Shown here piece after piece: positions 13,231 through 27,194 of a DNA stretch of 64,000 nt. The notes beneath the pieces were generated by a model. The model saw only the letters and a list, made by a program, of their open reading frames with translations. It searched no databases and was not told where the DNA came from. The first letter of the stretch is position 1. Every line of letters starts with the position of its first letter. This DNA comes from Bugula neritina (taxonomy: Eukaryota > Animalia > Bryozoa). Made by a program: the position numbers and the translations under genes. The stretch lies in assembly GCA_964035545.1 (NCBI GenBank), contig OZ037769.1, positions 1,550,001 to 1,614,000 of the forward strand. Reading direction: 5' to 3'.

Positions 13231-16200
13231 CTGAAATAACCGGGCCAAGACCTCTCAACATTAAAAAACTTTTCAGAGTATTGATCCAGTAAAATAATGG
13301 TTTGACCTTCTCTCTAGCCAATCATATGGCATCTAACCAATTAATAAGCTTATAGAAAAGTGAATATCCCCATTTGTTCTTGTCATACGCAGGACAAGTA
13401 CCTGTTGGTGAAGTGACCCAACCTGCAAGCACTTGTATCATGGGTCATACTACACTGGCAGTCATTGATGAAGGGACTCACAAATGGTCCTACAATGAAA
13501 GGGTAATGCCATCTCATACAATAGGTCTATGGCCCTTGGGTTGATAACCATGCTAGCACAGATTCCTCAGTCACTCAACTCAAAATTATTCAGTCTAATT
13601 GGTTAACTCAAAGTTAGACATTAGAACTGCAAACCTACAGGAGTTTTTATCTAGACTGGAGCTAAAATGAAAAAGGTCTAATTTGTATTCAAATTCAAAG
13701 CGTATTTATTGTTCTCATTAAGAAATGCTTTCATAATTATGAAATGCATTGAACCAATTTTATTCGAATTTCTATCTGCAGAAGAAAATCAGATTAAAAC
13801 TGGTTCAATTTTTTCAAGTCAAATCAATAATATTACTTTCAAAACTGCCAGTATTAAATTACAACTGTCAAATCATTAACTAGAGTTTACAGTTTACTTT
13901 GAAATTATATATAAGCATTTTGCCAGGAGAAATTCTATATGCAAAAAGCAAAATAATTATATGTAAAGGTCTCACACCACATCTAAAACCCACGCAGTTT
14001 ACGGTGCCAGCATTTTATCAACAGGCAATGCTTAAAAGTATTTATACGGCTTTTAGGGGAATGCAAACTGAAGCATCCAACCGCAGTTAGTCAACTAACT
14101 AACTAAATAAAAGTTTACAATTGATTCACCAAAATGGCAGAAACCAACTCAACTTTTGAAAATTTGGTTGCAGCAAATATTTTAAAGATTTGAAAATATG
14201 GAGCAAAATAAATTACTAATTTTAGAATATGTGATGGCAATTCATTCATTTTAATTACTTATAACAATTAAATTACAAAATAAAATGAAATCCCAGTAAA
14301 GTAGAACACATGTATTTATAACTATCTTAACAAATATCTATAGAATGTAAATAAATATAATATGTTCAAATCAATCAAAGAGAATATGGGAATATCAATT
14401 CTTTGTATAATTATAAAACTTGCAAACCTTACTTATATTTAGTAACTTACGTTAAATATGTTTTAATACAAATATAAACTATAAAATGCATTCTATATGC
14501 ACATTGGGGAAATATTTTTCTAAAAGCTGAAAGATAAAAAAATTAAGTGATTTTTGGAATGCTGCAACATGCAAATTTCAGAGTAGCTATCAACCGAGAG
14601 TCCTAGCTCGCTCTCGTTGATGCCAATATAATCAAAGTCAACCCTCTATCACTACTAAACAACTACACCAGTTATAAACAGCATATGCCATGACAAGCAA
14701 GTTTGTTAATTTATATCACGGTTGTGCTAAGTCATCGCACTGATGTAGCAGTTATTGTTGCGTGCAATGAATTGCTTTCTTTTGGTAAAAAGCTTATATT
14801 CCAAAGATTTAGCAACTGCATTTGGCAATAGTATTACTAATTTCATGTAAAATATGACTCAGATAAAAAAATATAATTGATTTTTAATGTTCTGCACATG
14901 CGTATTTTATTATTTTATACAAAAAATATGGTATTTTAAAAAGAAATTTTTAAGGAGACTGGTTAACGTATGCTTCAAGCAAATTTTAAAATCTTACACA
15001 GCAACAGAATTAATCAAGGTACTAGTAAGAATAAACATATTCTATTTAATGGTATAAAATAATATCATTGTTTGAGTACACAATTTCAGCAATTAACTGG
15101 TAAGCTACAGTTGGAATCAGTGCTAATGATTTTATGACTTTGCCAGCTGTGGTAAACGTAAAACAAAATTGTTTTTTTAATGATTGAAAAAAGTCAACTT
15201 AACTTTTAGCTTATTATGTTAAAATATAATATTATAATACCAATAATTATTAACACCAACTATTATTAATGTATAAGATTATAATATAATAATAATGTGA
15301 CACTATAAAGTATAATACATATACTAGAAGTGCTTGAAAGCGATCACTTAGTACTGAGGGAGAATGGGGGGTGTTGGGGGAAACTTGGAGTAAATTGAAA
15401 ATGTAAGAAAATTGCCAATTACGTTTTCAATAAGTTATTTGTAGCTTCATGCAAAACCATAACCACATCTTGTAAAATAATCCGTGTCTTGCACATTTTT
15501 TCACAATTAGAATCCCTCTAAAATAGTATCTCCATAAATAACCTGATAGATTAGAAAACATTATAAAGTGAAATTTAACATATAATTTATAGTTTCAATA
15601 CTCCTTACTTTCAAAAGGAAACAGTTGGCTAGACGTAGTACCTTGCCAACAGGGGAAAGTAAAGCCAATTTCGACAAACAAATAATGTGCAGCTTAGTCA
15701 TGGTTTAGGTGAGTTCAAACATCACCTAATAGCTAGAAAATTTTCTGGTTATTTTTAGAATAATTTTATGAATTTTTAAAATGCCCAAAAATTACTTCAC
15801 TAGACTTCAGTCCAGTTATAACTTGGAAACAAATTTATAAGAAACGTAATAAAAACCGCTCACCACATGTTTTCAAAATATTTTGTTATCCTCTATTACC
15901 TTTCACTCAAAGGCAGAAAAAATGGCAATTGAAAATTTAATCTAGGGGCTTGAAACTTGAAGTGTTGCCGTTTATATGGGTCCCCAGGGCCTGTGTTATT
16001 AGTGTGATATTAGTCAATTCTGCCGGCACAAGAACTTGGCACTTTTCCAAATTTATGTGAAAATTCAATTTGCGTCGGTGCTCAAAATGAAGGTCATGAG
16101 TTGAGGATTAAAATTTAAATTAAAAACATTTTTTAAATTTTTTTACATAGTTTTTTAAAAAAAGATAATATAAAATATTATTATAAGAGGCTGTAAGATA

Positions 16201-16799
16201 GGTTTACACTGGAAGTTGGTATATCACAGTCATCATCAAGAGATGGTGCCACATGATTACATAACAGCTGATCTGATTGTAAAAAGATCATTACGAAGCA
16301 AATTATCTGATACCATCAAACTCAAGAGACCAAAAACCTGCTTCCATATTGTAACAGCCATAAAATAGCTGCAAGGGAAGCTTATCAGTAGTGAGAAGGT
16401 AGAAATATGCCAAGTGGAAAAATTCATTTTTTTAAAATACCAATTTAGTTTATATATGCACTTTACTCGCTTTTATCTCTCGACAATAATTCTTAATGGT
16501 ATCTTTCCATAGAATATGTTACATATATTTCTGTTGAATGTCACAGTTCACCAGTTCCAGACGGTAAAAAATTTACCAACTTTGTACTTTTGTCTGGTGA
16601 TGAGTTTTTTTTAGGTACAAACTAATAATATAATATCAGATTACACCCTCCTAACCATGCAGCTGGTATTTTTGATGTATCAACACGTGAGCTTAATATT
16701 CATTTTTATAAATTTCAAACCTCACACAGTGTTGTTTTATGTCTTTGCTAAGCACTCTCAAAATAAATGACTTGAGATTTACCCAACCAAATCGATTGG

Positions 16800-17279
16800 G
16801 TGTCATCCCAGATAGATGCTTCCCAGTTAGACGCTATTCATTTAATTTGGTACTATATATATTTTATGTGCAATTTATTTGAAAATCGTTGAAATATATG
16901 TATATTTAAATAAACTTGGATCAATTGCTTGTTATTTAGCACATAAATAAATTTTTTTGATTGGCATTAACTTATTAATTTTGCATTTTCTATACTTCCT
17001 AATGTTGGAAAAGATATTTCGTTAATAAGCATTCATTAAAGATAATCATTAGAATGTCTATTATTAACGTATATTACTGTTTTTTGTCCCACACTAACCC
17101 GTGGAAATTGAAATATTATTTCAGACAATTCATATTAGCTATCATAGCTATTAGCATATTAGATATTTAGCAATCGATACAACAGTTATATAAGTACATA
17201 TAGATATTAGGTATATTACTATACGAGGTACCAAAATAAAAATAGCCTCCAACTGGGAAGCATCTAACTGGGATGAAAC
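16800..17279. mobile_element. MITE, ~480 bp, with ~50-bp imperfect terminal inverted repeats
   Basis: Left gtgtcatcccagatagatgcttcccagttagacgctatt... versus reverse complement of the right end gtttcatcccagttagatgcttcccagttggaggctatt...; a second partial copy at ~10075-10303; TSD not clear. Confidence 0.8.
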
Positions 17280-20200
17280 TAGCGATTGAACATGGGGAAA
17301 CAAATGCATACATAAAATGTAATTAATAACTAGTTGTATTATACATTTGCAAGTCAGAAATATACCAATAATTGATATATTGATTGTAATGCCTAACACT
17401 TCCTCATGTGGGGCCAAGGGATGATTGAAATAACCATATAGGCCTACAAGAATTTAAGCTCGGTTAGTGAACAAGTAAGGCTATCAGTATGATCAGCTTT
17501 ATACACTGAAATTGTCAGTAATGTGGATATAATATGTCAGTGCAGCTTTTAGTACTCGGTGGGGAGATTACATCCTGATAACCACGAACTTTCAAATAGC
17601 TTCACTTTTAAGATCTAACCCACATACTTCCTATAAGGAGGCGGAAGGAACACTCAGCACCCACATTTTCAAAATCATGCTGGTTGATAAATTACTTGAT
17701 CTACTAATTTTTTTTAATGGCATGAGGCATAGTTTTAGGAAAAAGATAAAAACAATTAAATTTCGTTTTAGTGGTATGTGATTAAAAAACTCTTTCATAT
17801 TGGCTATTCAACTTGAGCATGACTCTAGTGTGACTCGGGTTGATGGAGGCATGCCAAGAGCAACTAAGAGTGGGACTTGGTTGGTTTGGCCCTGTTGCTC
17901 ATATAAAAATCAGTTTGAGAAAAACTTCTAGGCGCCCTGTTATTTTAACCATTGAACTATAGTTTCAGTTCAGTGATTTTAACCAAATAATAAATACGGA
18001 AAACATGAGTTGAAAGTGTTGAAGTCTGGACTCTATTTTCTGACGGAATAATGACAGGGCTTTATACTAGTTTTCATAAATCTAGTAAGGCAGTTCAACT
18101 ATTTCATCAGCTTGGTTACGCAACAATACCAGGCTTTGATATTGACTTTTTATGCTTTTGTCGGCTGCGTTATTTTCACGGGGTTAAGGGGGGAATTGTT
18201 TTGGTACTCAACTTCTACCTAAACATTAATAGGCTTTTGGCGTCTTACAGACAGTAGATTATGGCACTTCAAAGCATGTACTTATAGAGTGCTACGTGAA
18301 ATTATAATTATAGTCTGCAACTAATAATATACTACGTAGCCTTAGGTACTTCCTAGTAAGTCTACGCCATTACAATAACAATTATTGTCCCGTTTGTAAG
18401 CCGAGCTAGGCATGCAAGTAATTTAATGTAGATAAGTGCCCACAGCCAACTAAGAAAATCGATAGTATAAAAAGGGGCGGAGAGTTTAGGTCCTTCACAC
18501 TTGGCTTATCCAGTAACTAAAGAAGCTGAACTGTACGAAATATTTCTAGCCAGGAGACGCGTGCTTGTCAGCTGAAGGCTATTCAATACACTGCCAGGTC
18601 ACGAGGAAATCTCAACTCTATAGCTTGCTGGTCACTCTAATATTTTATATACTCAATTTTAACAGCTATAAATGCACATATTTAAGTTAGATCAAATTGA
18701 CTAAAGCAGAATAATTCCAGAACTGATTTTTTTACTCTTTGATAATATTTTTCCCAAAAAATGAATAGTTTTGACATGCATCCAGTAAGAAAATCATGAT
18801 GAGCATCCAAATTAGGTAGCATTTTAAAACATTTCAAATTTGAAGTCTGGCTTGTAACCAAAGCAGAAGTCTTAGTTTACTATATTGCCGGAAAATAGAG
18901 AACACTGGGTGATAAATTTATAACCTCTGGTAATATTGCTATAAGTGCTACAGCCTTATTTTTAATTTTAATATAAAATCAAAGCAAAAAGTAACACCTT
19001 CATCTTACTCAGGTGGGTAGCAGTATGAAGGTTACCACTTGCTGCCCAGTATGAAAACTTTATCAAAATAAATAAGAAGTTTAATTCAATCAAGAGCATA
19101 GCAATTTCGTACCAATTCTATGAAAATAATATTTTATTTTAAGCATTTTCAAAGCACAAAGGTAGCTTTTGTACAAAGTTATGGGCACATAAAAGGTTAA
19201 AAAAATTGCTAAATTTTAATGATTGATAGCATGTCAATCTAGCAATAAGTAAAAAATATGAGCAAAGTTTTTTCTCCTAATAAATTATTTTACAAAGTAT
19301 AATAAATAAATTATGTCAGTTGAATTTTTGATTAATCTTGTTTAGTAAGAGTAGTTAAATTTATAACTAATCGTCTTTTATAAGAAGGAATATATACAAC
19401 ACAACTATTTACAAAACACATTTATTCTGCATGAACCGTTTGTCAAAGCAATCACAGTTTATATTTGTGGCTTGAGAAATTATAAAATAGCCTAAGAGCC
19501 TATGAGATAAAATAAGAGACAGCCTAAGGAAATATACAGATAGCTGTGAATCTAAGTCCACTTGCAAGATGCATTATCGAGAATAAAGAACATTTATCAT
19601 ATTACATAGTTTGTTTTCTACAAGTTGCAGTAAAAAAAAATATATAATATAATAATTAAATTTAATCATTTAGAATAATTTATCTAAATGTATCTGTAAA
19701 GCTGAGAAAGGCTAAAATTAGCCTTTAATTATAGCAAATAGATTTGGGAATTTTGCAATAAATAGCATGCTGGCTGTGTAGTAGAATTCAATACTTTCCT
19801 GACAGCTTCATAAATGACTGCAGAAGGATAAAATTACACCCTGCATGCTGATTGAAGTGCTGCCACTAAATATAACTTATTTATCATACTTAAACCTAAA
19901 AAGAACTACAACAAAATATCTGTTGCCTCAAGTTATTCTAAGTTTTACTACACCAACAGTATTACTAACGGGATCAACTAGCAACCTTAGTTAGTAGCAA
20001 CTGGTACTAACTAGCTAGAGTCTAGACTCTAGAGAGAGTACATGTGTACTTCAAGTATTGGTAGTAGATGAGAAATTGTATAATGCTCATAGAGATAAGC
20101 AGCCATCACTGAACCTAAATGATCTCAACTGATCACAAAGACCCTCTTATAAACTTTGAATTAATATAAATTCTTTAGTTTACAAACTATGCTTAAATCT

Positions 20201-21273
20201 TGCAGGTTGTAAATGTAGACATATGCTAATCATGTGCCACTACTGAGATATAATCATTAACCATCTGTCAACTTGTTGTGATGAATATGAACCACTAACT
20301 ACAAAAGGAAATATAATGGACTGTGTGCATCATACACCTTCTGGCTTTAGAATAAGTTTAATTTATGTTCTCATGCTGAGCTAAGCTAAGCAATAATATA
20401 TTATATTATTATATGCAAAATACTATATTACACATAATATAAGATATTATATTATGTAATGTAATAAAACATATATAGTATGTGTATATACAATACACTA
20501 TTGCATATATAGTATATTATATTAAATATAATGTGTTATATATGTTATAACACACAAAGTTATATGATATAACACATGTGAATTTGTATGCTAGTAGTGT
20601 TGCCAGAAACAGCTGGTGTTTTGATACTAAACAAGGATGGCAATTTGAGTCTCATCTTGTCAAAGTGATTAGGAAAAATCTCTCTTTATAATTCTATAAA
20701 ATTGACAAACCAAAACTACTGCATTCAGAATAAGTTATGGCGAGTTTCGATTTGTTGTTGTGTTCTGTTACGAGCCTTCAACAAGTATTCTTATTGCAAA
20801 CCGCCAGGAAACTATTAAAATAGTTTCCAACTAACAGCTATGTTACTAAAGCTATTAAACTCTCATTAGGGCAGTTACAGAAAAAATTCAACGCTGGAAG
20901 TCTCAGTTGCAAGCTCCCAGGCTGTCAAAATAACTTGCAGTCCAGAACTGGCTCTTTAACCATATGTTATTAACAAGTAATTGCAGTTTACTAATTACAG
21001 TTAGCTAATGAGCATTAGGCTATAAAAGTCTATGTGGGTAAATAAATCTTGGCTCAAATTACTTAAACATTTTTAATTAAATAAGTTACATGCAGAGTTA
21101 AATATTTCACAATCAGAGGTGAATTGTGGTATGGTGGTTTAATTTAGTCATAACATAGCTCCTTATAATATATAGCAATGGCTATAATACTTTAGCATAC
21201 TGTTGATAACCATACTAGAAAAGAAAAGCTGCTACACATTTTCTAGCTAAATCTGCATAATAAACTCAGTTAC

Positions 21274-21874
21274 AATAGAGGCTTTTCACAAGCCCTCTGG
21301 GGACATTTGTATTTTGAAGTTGTCTCCTCCCAAACGGGCGAAGTGTAGTCTCCATGATATATAGAACAAGCACATAAAATCAGTAGAAATTTAAGGTTTG
21401 TGTGAAGACTATTGCTAGTACGAGTTTCATTTTTTCTGAGATTATTATTTTGGCATAAGCACACAGGTTAGCAGTTCCAGAAAAATTTTAAAAATTTTCT
21501 TTCTTCAAAAATCTTGAGAGAAATTAACTTCAAAGCATGTTTGTGGTTTTGGTTACTGCATGAGCAAGCTGAATTGGCAACTATGAGATAAGTCCCATTA
21601 ATCATTTGTTATGCTGGCTGTCATATTCAATTTATAGCTGTTGACCTTTCAACTCTTTGGTCAGAATGTGCTTGTTAACACAGTGTGAAAGCACTGCTAC
21701 TCTGCTAGTGCACTGAATGAGACAGCAGATTAGCTGTGTTAGCATTTTCATTACACTTACACACTTATGCTATGAGAATAGCTAGACTATAACCTCAACA
21801 TCCATCATTTTCACAAAAAGCATTTTCACAAAGCTATAGATATATATTAAATAGACAGATTAAATTTGTAGTAT
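21274..21874. repeat. Left arm of a ~601-bp near-perfect inverted repeat
   Basis: Reverse complement of 23123-23723 with only a handful of differences; explains the twin 64/65-aa ORFs. Confidence 0.95.
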
Positions 21875-22701
21875 CAAAATGATGTGTGATAGCATGTGCA
21901 CTTAATTACACTTTGAAGAGTTTGTGCTACATTATGTTCAAAGGACCGTAAATGCTTTACATAGTTTCATGTTATGGCTAAAAACTTCTTTAAAAGAAAA
22001 ATATTACCAAAAAAAGCAAAGCTCAGTTTATGCAAAAATTTATTAAAAACACTTTATATTTAGGCAGGCATCTTTTTATTCAGTATCGATCCATCTTGAA
22101 ATATTTTATCTGCTCTAAATCTTCATTGCATATTTTACAACAGGTCTAATAGTTTTATTTAAAAGATTTAATTGAAATGTTATACTTGATTTTAATTTAC
22201 TTATCCTTTCGCATGCTTATTTTAAGATAATACCTGTAATATTCTAATTGGTGCTGCCGTGACTTATAGCCAACCTCTAAAATTTTATGTCATTCAAATA
22301 TGAGTCTCAAATTTAAGAAAGGCTTTATATTTTATAACATTTTGTGACCCATGGGATCAGCCAAGCTAGTTGTATAACTGCAGTTGAGTGTCAATAACAC
22401 TAGCTCATGATATTTGAAGCATGAGAAGTTGAGGAGCTATAACATTAAACAGTTTAACTGAAAACCCAAGCAAAATGTTAATTACCCAATTTTATCAACA
22501 TGCTTTCACTGCTTCACTTGTAAGAATCTACTTAATACTTTTCAACCAGAATTTCCTTCTAAAGTAATTTTCAGAGAATTAAGTTTATGCTGCAATTTGA
22601 TGAGTTGGGAAACTTGGGCTTTCAGGTGCAGTAGTGATTAGCTTAGTTTACCTATTTTATATTGTATATCCATTTTATTATATAACTATATTTTAACCTA
22701 C

Positions 22702-22803
22702 CATACATTAACTAGGATCTTGAATCTACCGCAGTTGACGGAGATGACTACTACACACGAGGTAGATGCAGTACTAATGGAGAAATTGAGAAAAGCCTTT
22801 GTT
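22702..22803 (-). other. Candidate exon of the orphan gene, ending in ATG immediately before the donor
   Basis: tctag|aacaaagg ... gttaatgtATG|gtaggt; locally higher GC; phase 0 fits the downstream exons. Confidence 0.35.
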
Positions 22804-23122
22804 CTAGATTAGAAATGTAGCAAAAAGTTGTGTTATACGCAACACCAACATTTGTAACGAAAGTTAAAGAACTTAGGCTATCTCAATTTCTTCACTACTG
22901 CATGCTCCTAAATGCTACAAGCCACATGCAGGCATAATTAAGAAATAACAAAGCTGTAACACAAGGGCCTGAATGCCAACTGCTAAAAGGCTATCTCGGT
23001 TTTTGATTAAATTATCTAGATATATATTTATTTGAGCACAATTGTTACGATTGCAATAGATGCATTTAACCTGTATTAGAAAATTAACCGACTTGTATCA
23101 AAGCACATTTCATATTCGTTCC

Positions 23123-23723
23123 ATACTACAAAATTAAATCTGTCTATTTAATATATATCTATAGCTTTGTGAAAATGCTTTTTGTGAAAATGATGGATGT
23201 TGAGGTTATAGTCTAGCTATTCTCATAGCATAAGTGTGTAAGTGTAATAAAAATGCTAACACAGCTAATCTGCTGTCTCATTCAGTGCACTAGCAGAGTA
23301 GCAGTGCTTTCACACTGTGTTAACAGCACATTCTGACCAAAGAGTTGAAAGGTCAACAGCTATAAATTGAATATGACAGCCAGCATAACAAATGATTAAT
23401 GGGACTTATCTCATAGTTGCCAATTCAGCTTGCTCATGCAGTAACCAAAACCACAAACATGCTTTGAAGTTAATTTCTCTCAAGATTTTTGAAGAAAGAA
23501 ATTTTTTAAAATTTTTCTGGAACTGCTAACCTGTGTGCTTATGCCAAAATAATAATCTCAGAAAAAATGAAACTCGTACTAGCAATAGTCTTCACACAAA
23601 CCTTAAATTTCTACTGATTTTATGTGCTTGTTCTATATATCATGGAGACTACACTTCGCCCGTTTGGGAGGAGACAACTTCAAAATACAAATGTCCCCAG
23701 AGGGCTTGTGAAAAGCCTCTATT
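23123..23723. repeat. Right arm of the ~601-bp inverted repeat
   Basis: See left arm; spacer is 1248 bp. Confidence 0.95.
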
Positions 23724-24579
23724 AAATTGATTGTTTGAGTTGCTCAAACAGTTGGGGAAATAAAATTATATAGTTATGCTTAGCTTCTTGCATTAGTCAC
23801 CCAGTTAATCAACAAGATCTAAATCATCAAGAAACAATAAAAAAACTGCGGGTTTTTAATAAAAACAATGAAGCCTTCAAAAGCGTCCTAGAATTCTGCG
23901 TTTGTTTAACCTAGTGGATCTAAAAAAAGTGTAACAAATAGTTTAAACATCGTAGGCATCCAGGTTATTTCGATAAAATCAATTACTGTTAATTAAAAGT
24001 TCATACTTTTTTAGTTGCATTCACAAAATATTTAAAAAAAATCTCAACTCAATATACCAGAAAAAATGAATTAAAATATATGTGTTAATAGCACTGATAT
24101 TGACGTGACCGTGGCACATGAAAAATCTGAAAGAAGAGTTGTCTTCTATTTTTCTATATTAACGTATAGAGCTTGCCGTGAAAATACAGATTTTTAAAAA
24201 AAAATATTGTGACCCTCTGGTAACTTTTTGAATTTAGAAAATTGGCTCATATATTTCTTTTCATGTGGACAACAGCTCACTTTTTTTTAAATTTATTTTG
24301 AAGCTCTTTTCGTAAAAAATAATCAAAAGTAAAAAATCCAAAATTTTTACAAATTGGTTCGGGGCTTGACGTGAAAGGCGTTTGGACAAAGATGTCAAGG
24401 TCACCATTAATAAATATATTATTTCATCACAATACTGCACGGAAAGTTAATGAAGTGAGCTGAAAATTAGGTTGCTAGCATATTGATATACATTATATTG
24501 GTTGTTACAGTATTATTTTTTAAATTTGTTTTGTTATCAGTTATGTTTAACTTTTTCATAAAGCTGCTGTTAGACTAAG

Positions 24580-24626
24580 AGTAAGACATAATATTACCAT
24601 TACTAATGGTAATATTATGTCTTACT
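24580..24626. repeat. Perfect 47-bp palindrome (23-bp arms, 1-nt centre)
   Basis: agtaagacataatattaccatta-c-taatggtaatattatgtcttact. Confidence 0.95.
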
Positions 24627-24689
24627 AGCCCGCATTAGCAACAATGATAATATTAAATTAAAATTATTATTAAATTCACGGTGAAGTGT

Positions 24690-25180
24690 CACTATGACTA
24701 TGATACTCTATAACTATGAGTATGAGTATCGTATAAATTAATTATAATGAGTATGAGTATCACTATGACATTAACTCAATCAGTGATTGACTATGTCTAT
24801 TACTATGAATATGACTATGCATAACTCAATGAGAATATCAATATGAATATGGCTTCTAATTCTTGTAACTTTTGACTATGACGATGCTGATACTGATAAT
24901 CACTGCCAGCCCAAGTCTCATACTCATAGTGATACTATTACTATTGTCTATTAGTATTAATAATTAGTATTACTCTTAGTACAACTACTAGTATTACTCA
25001 TAGTTCTGATAATGATGCAGATGATAGTTTTAGAAGTTCTACTTCTACTTTTAATTTTATAGTACGCTAGATTGTATATGTTGAACTCTACTCATTTTTT
25101 ACTACTAATGCTAATACTAATAGTAATAGTAATAATGATTATAGTTGTTATAATGATAGTAATACTAATAGTAATAACAA
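24690..25180. repeat. Degenerate 6-nt-periodic AGT/ACT tract (ATGACT/ATGAGT/TAGTAA/TACTAA)
   Basis: actatgactatgatactctataactatgagtatgagtat...; tactaatagtaatagtaat. Confidence 0.75.
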
Positions 25181-25891
25181 CTATTTAAATTTGATAATTC
25201 ATGTTTTACAACAGCATTATCACTTATCAATTACATTGGTTCATAATATGCTTATTTTAATTTTGCTTTGTGTGTTTTGTCATGTTGTAAATTTAAGTTT
25301 GTATGGTTATTTAATGAACTAGAGAACTAGCCAAATGTTATGTAACAGTTGCAATAATTTACTATAAACTCAGTGAAATTTAAAACCTAATTGATATTAC
25401 TATAACATTGATTGTACAGAGGTAGCTAAAATATACATTAAATTACCAATAATTTTAACTCGCCAATACACTATGAGTAGAACAATCAAATGCAATGATA
25501 GAAAATTAATTAGTCATAGCAGCCCGTTGCTTGAAGAACATCAAGCTACAGGTCTAAAATTATGTAGTTTTGTGATCCATTACATAACAAAATAATTTTT
25601 TTCAAACTGGTTTAATACTTTTATTATGAACACGCTTATCAAAGTAACATGTTTGTGATGTATATTCTATTAAAAAAGCAATCACATCAGGTTTTCAACT
25701 TGTATGTTGTACAATGTTTATTATGGTGACAAGTTACTAAATCATATGGTTCAGCTTTGTAAAGTAAAGCTGATAAAATAAATACAAGTATGTGATTGTT
25801 TTACTACTATATATTAAATTTAAATGAGTTGAATAATATCCTAGTGCAGTGAATTAGATATTTTTTAGCTTTGGTACACCTGTTTGTTATA

Positions 25892-26523
25892 GGCTAACAT
25901 TCCACCAATAGAAGAATGGTGCAAGTAGAAGAAATTTCAGGCGCAGAAAGCTAAGGAGCAGTCAGAATGCTGCCAGAGTTGTGAAGAGGCACTTGAAAAA
26001 GCTGAATTTCAATAATGACATGACATTCGTAACATATCACCCTGGTGTATTTGAACTGACATGGCCAGCAGAGTTCTCGAAGTCACATTCAACAGCTATT
26101 TACATCATCATGGTTAGCTTAAATTTAATTCCTATATCAGTCTCTAATATATAGTTTGATATCTGCTGTAAATTCGCTTAAGGAGCATACACATAACCAA
26201 AACTGAGTTACACTATAGTATTTGTTCTTGAATATATTTACCAAGATAAGTAGATTTGCTAATTCATTTTAACAGTAAAATTATAATGATACAACAATTT
26301 TTCTTTTAGATGATTCAATCAATAACACAAGACACTACAACATGGTTTTGCAGTTATAGAGTATTAATTTTCTGGCTCTTTCCAAATCTTCATAGAAGGC
26401 AAAGAAAACCACCGTCAGCTTGCCTTTATAACTGAGTGCAAGCTTCTTCCACCTACAGATGATGATAAACAATTTGCTGATGTGGAACTTTCTAATTTTG
26501 TTTACAATGAAGATAGATTATAG
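25892..26523 (+). pseudogene. Possible decayed two-exon gene inside the TTAA-flanked element
   Basis: Protein-like stretches with interrupting stops: ...KNGASRRNFRRRKLRSSQNAARVVKRHLKKLNFNNDMTFVTYHPGVFELTWPAEFSKSHSTAIYIIM|gt..ag|...FQIFIEGKENHRQLAFITECKLLPPTDDDKQFADVELSNFVYNEDRL*. Confidence 0.3.
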
Positions 26524-27074
26524 GACATTATTCTTTATGTAAAGATTGTCAAGTTTTGTTATAATTAAGAACAGTTTTAGTTTCAATAAATCAGTTCAAC
26601 ATTATGGACATCATTGCACAAACATTTTAATCTTTACTATCTACAAAGGTATCTGATGAACTACTTGAAAATACAAAACTATGCTCCAGATACACAATGA
26701 ACTGACCAGCAAAGTTAAAATGAGTTGGAGATGTAGAACATAATATCTTGTTCAAGGCTTTTCCCTGCTGTTGGAACCTTCTTCTTCAGAACACTGAATT
26801 GAACAAACATATGTAGATATATAAAACTTTGCAAACAATAATAATGTGAAATTAGTTGCTAAGTATCACATTGCTAATAAATACAGCATTGTGTAATATT
26901 TTATTTAATTTTTTTTTGAGCCATTTGATCTATAGGCCCGCATAGTATTTACTATATTATAACTAATAAATTGCAGACACATTATGTCAGACCAGTCTCC
27001 ATTTAAATAGAATAGTGTAGGCTATCAAATTTGTAGAAGTAAAAAACCGCATTCTTATTGAGTAAAATACTTAC

Positions 27075-27194
27075 CTTTTTTTTCATGATGCCTCTACTGC
27101 TAAAAAGAGAAGTTTTTATCAATACAGCTCCATCAATCCGTATCCTGATGAAGCTAGTAGTTTAGGAACATTTGTGGCGGGAGTGTAGGCTGAG
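27075..27194 (-). other. Candidate exon (ATG AAA AAA AAG|gtaagt, MKKK): alternative start exon of the orphan gene, or remnant of a transposon gene
   Basis: Perfect AAG|GTAAGT donor, ctgcag acceptor, in-frame stop upstream of the ATG. Confidence 0.3.

Noticed and set aside
21270-23730. Twin 64/65-aa ORFs (MCLCQNNNLRK...) as duplicated small genes
   Set aside because: They start at CTG in the ORF track, have no recognisable features and are a by-product of the inverted repeat.
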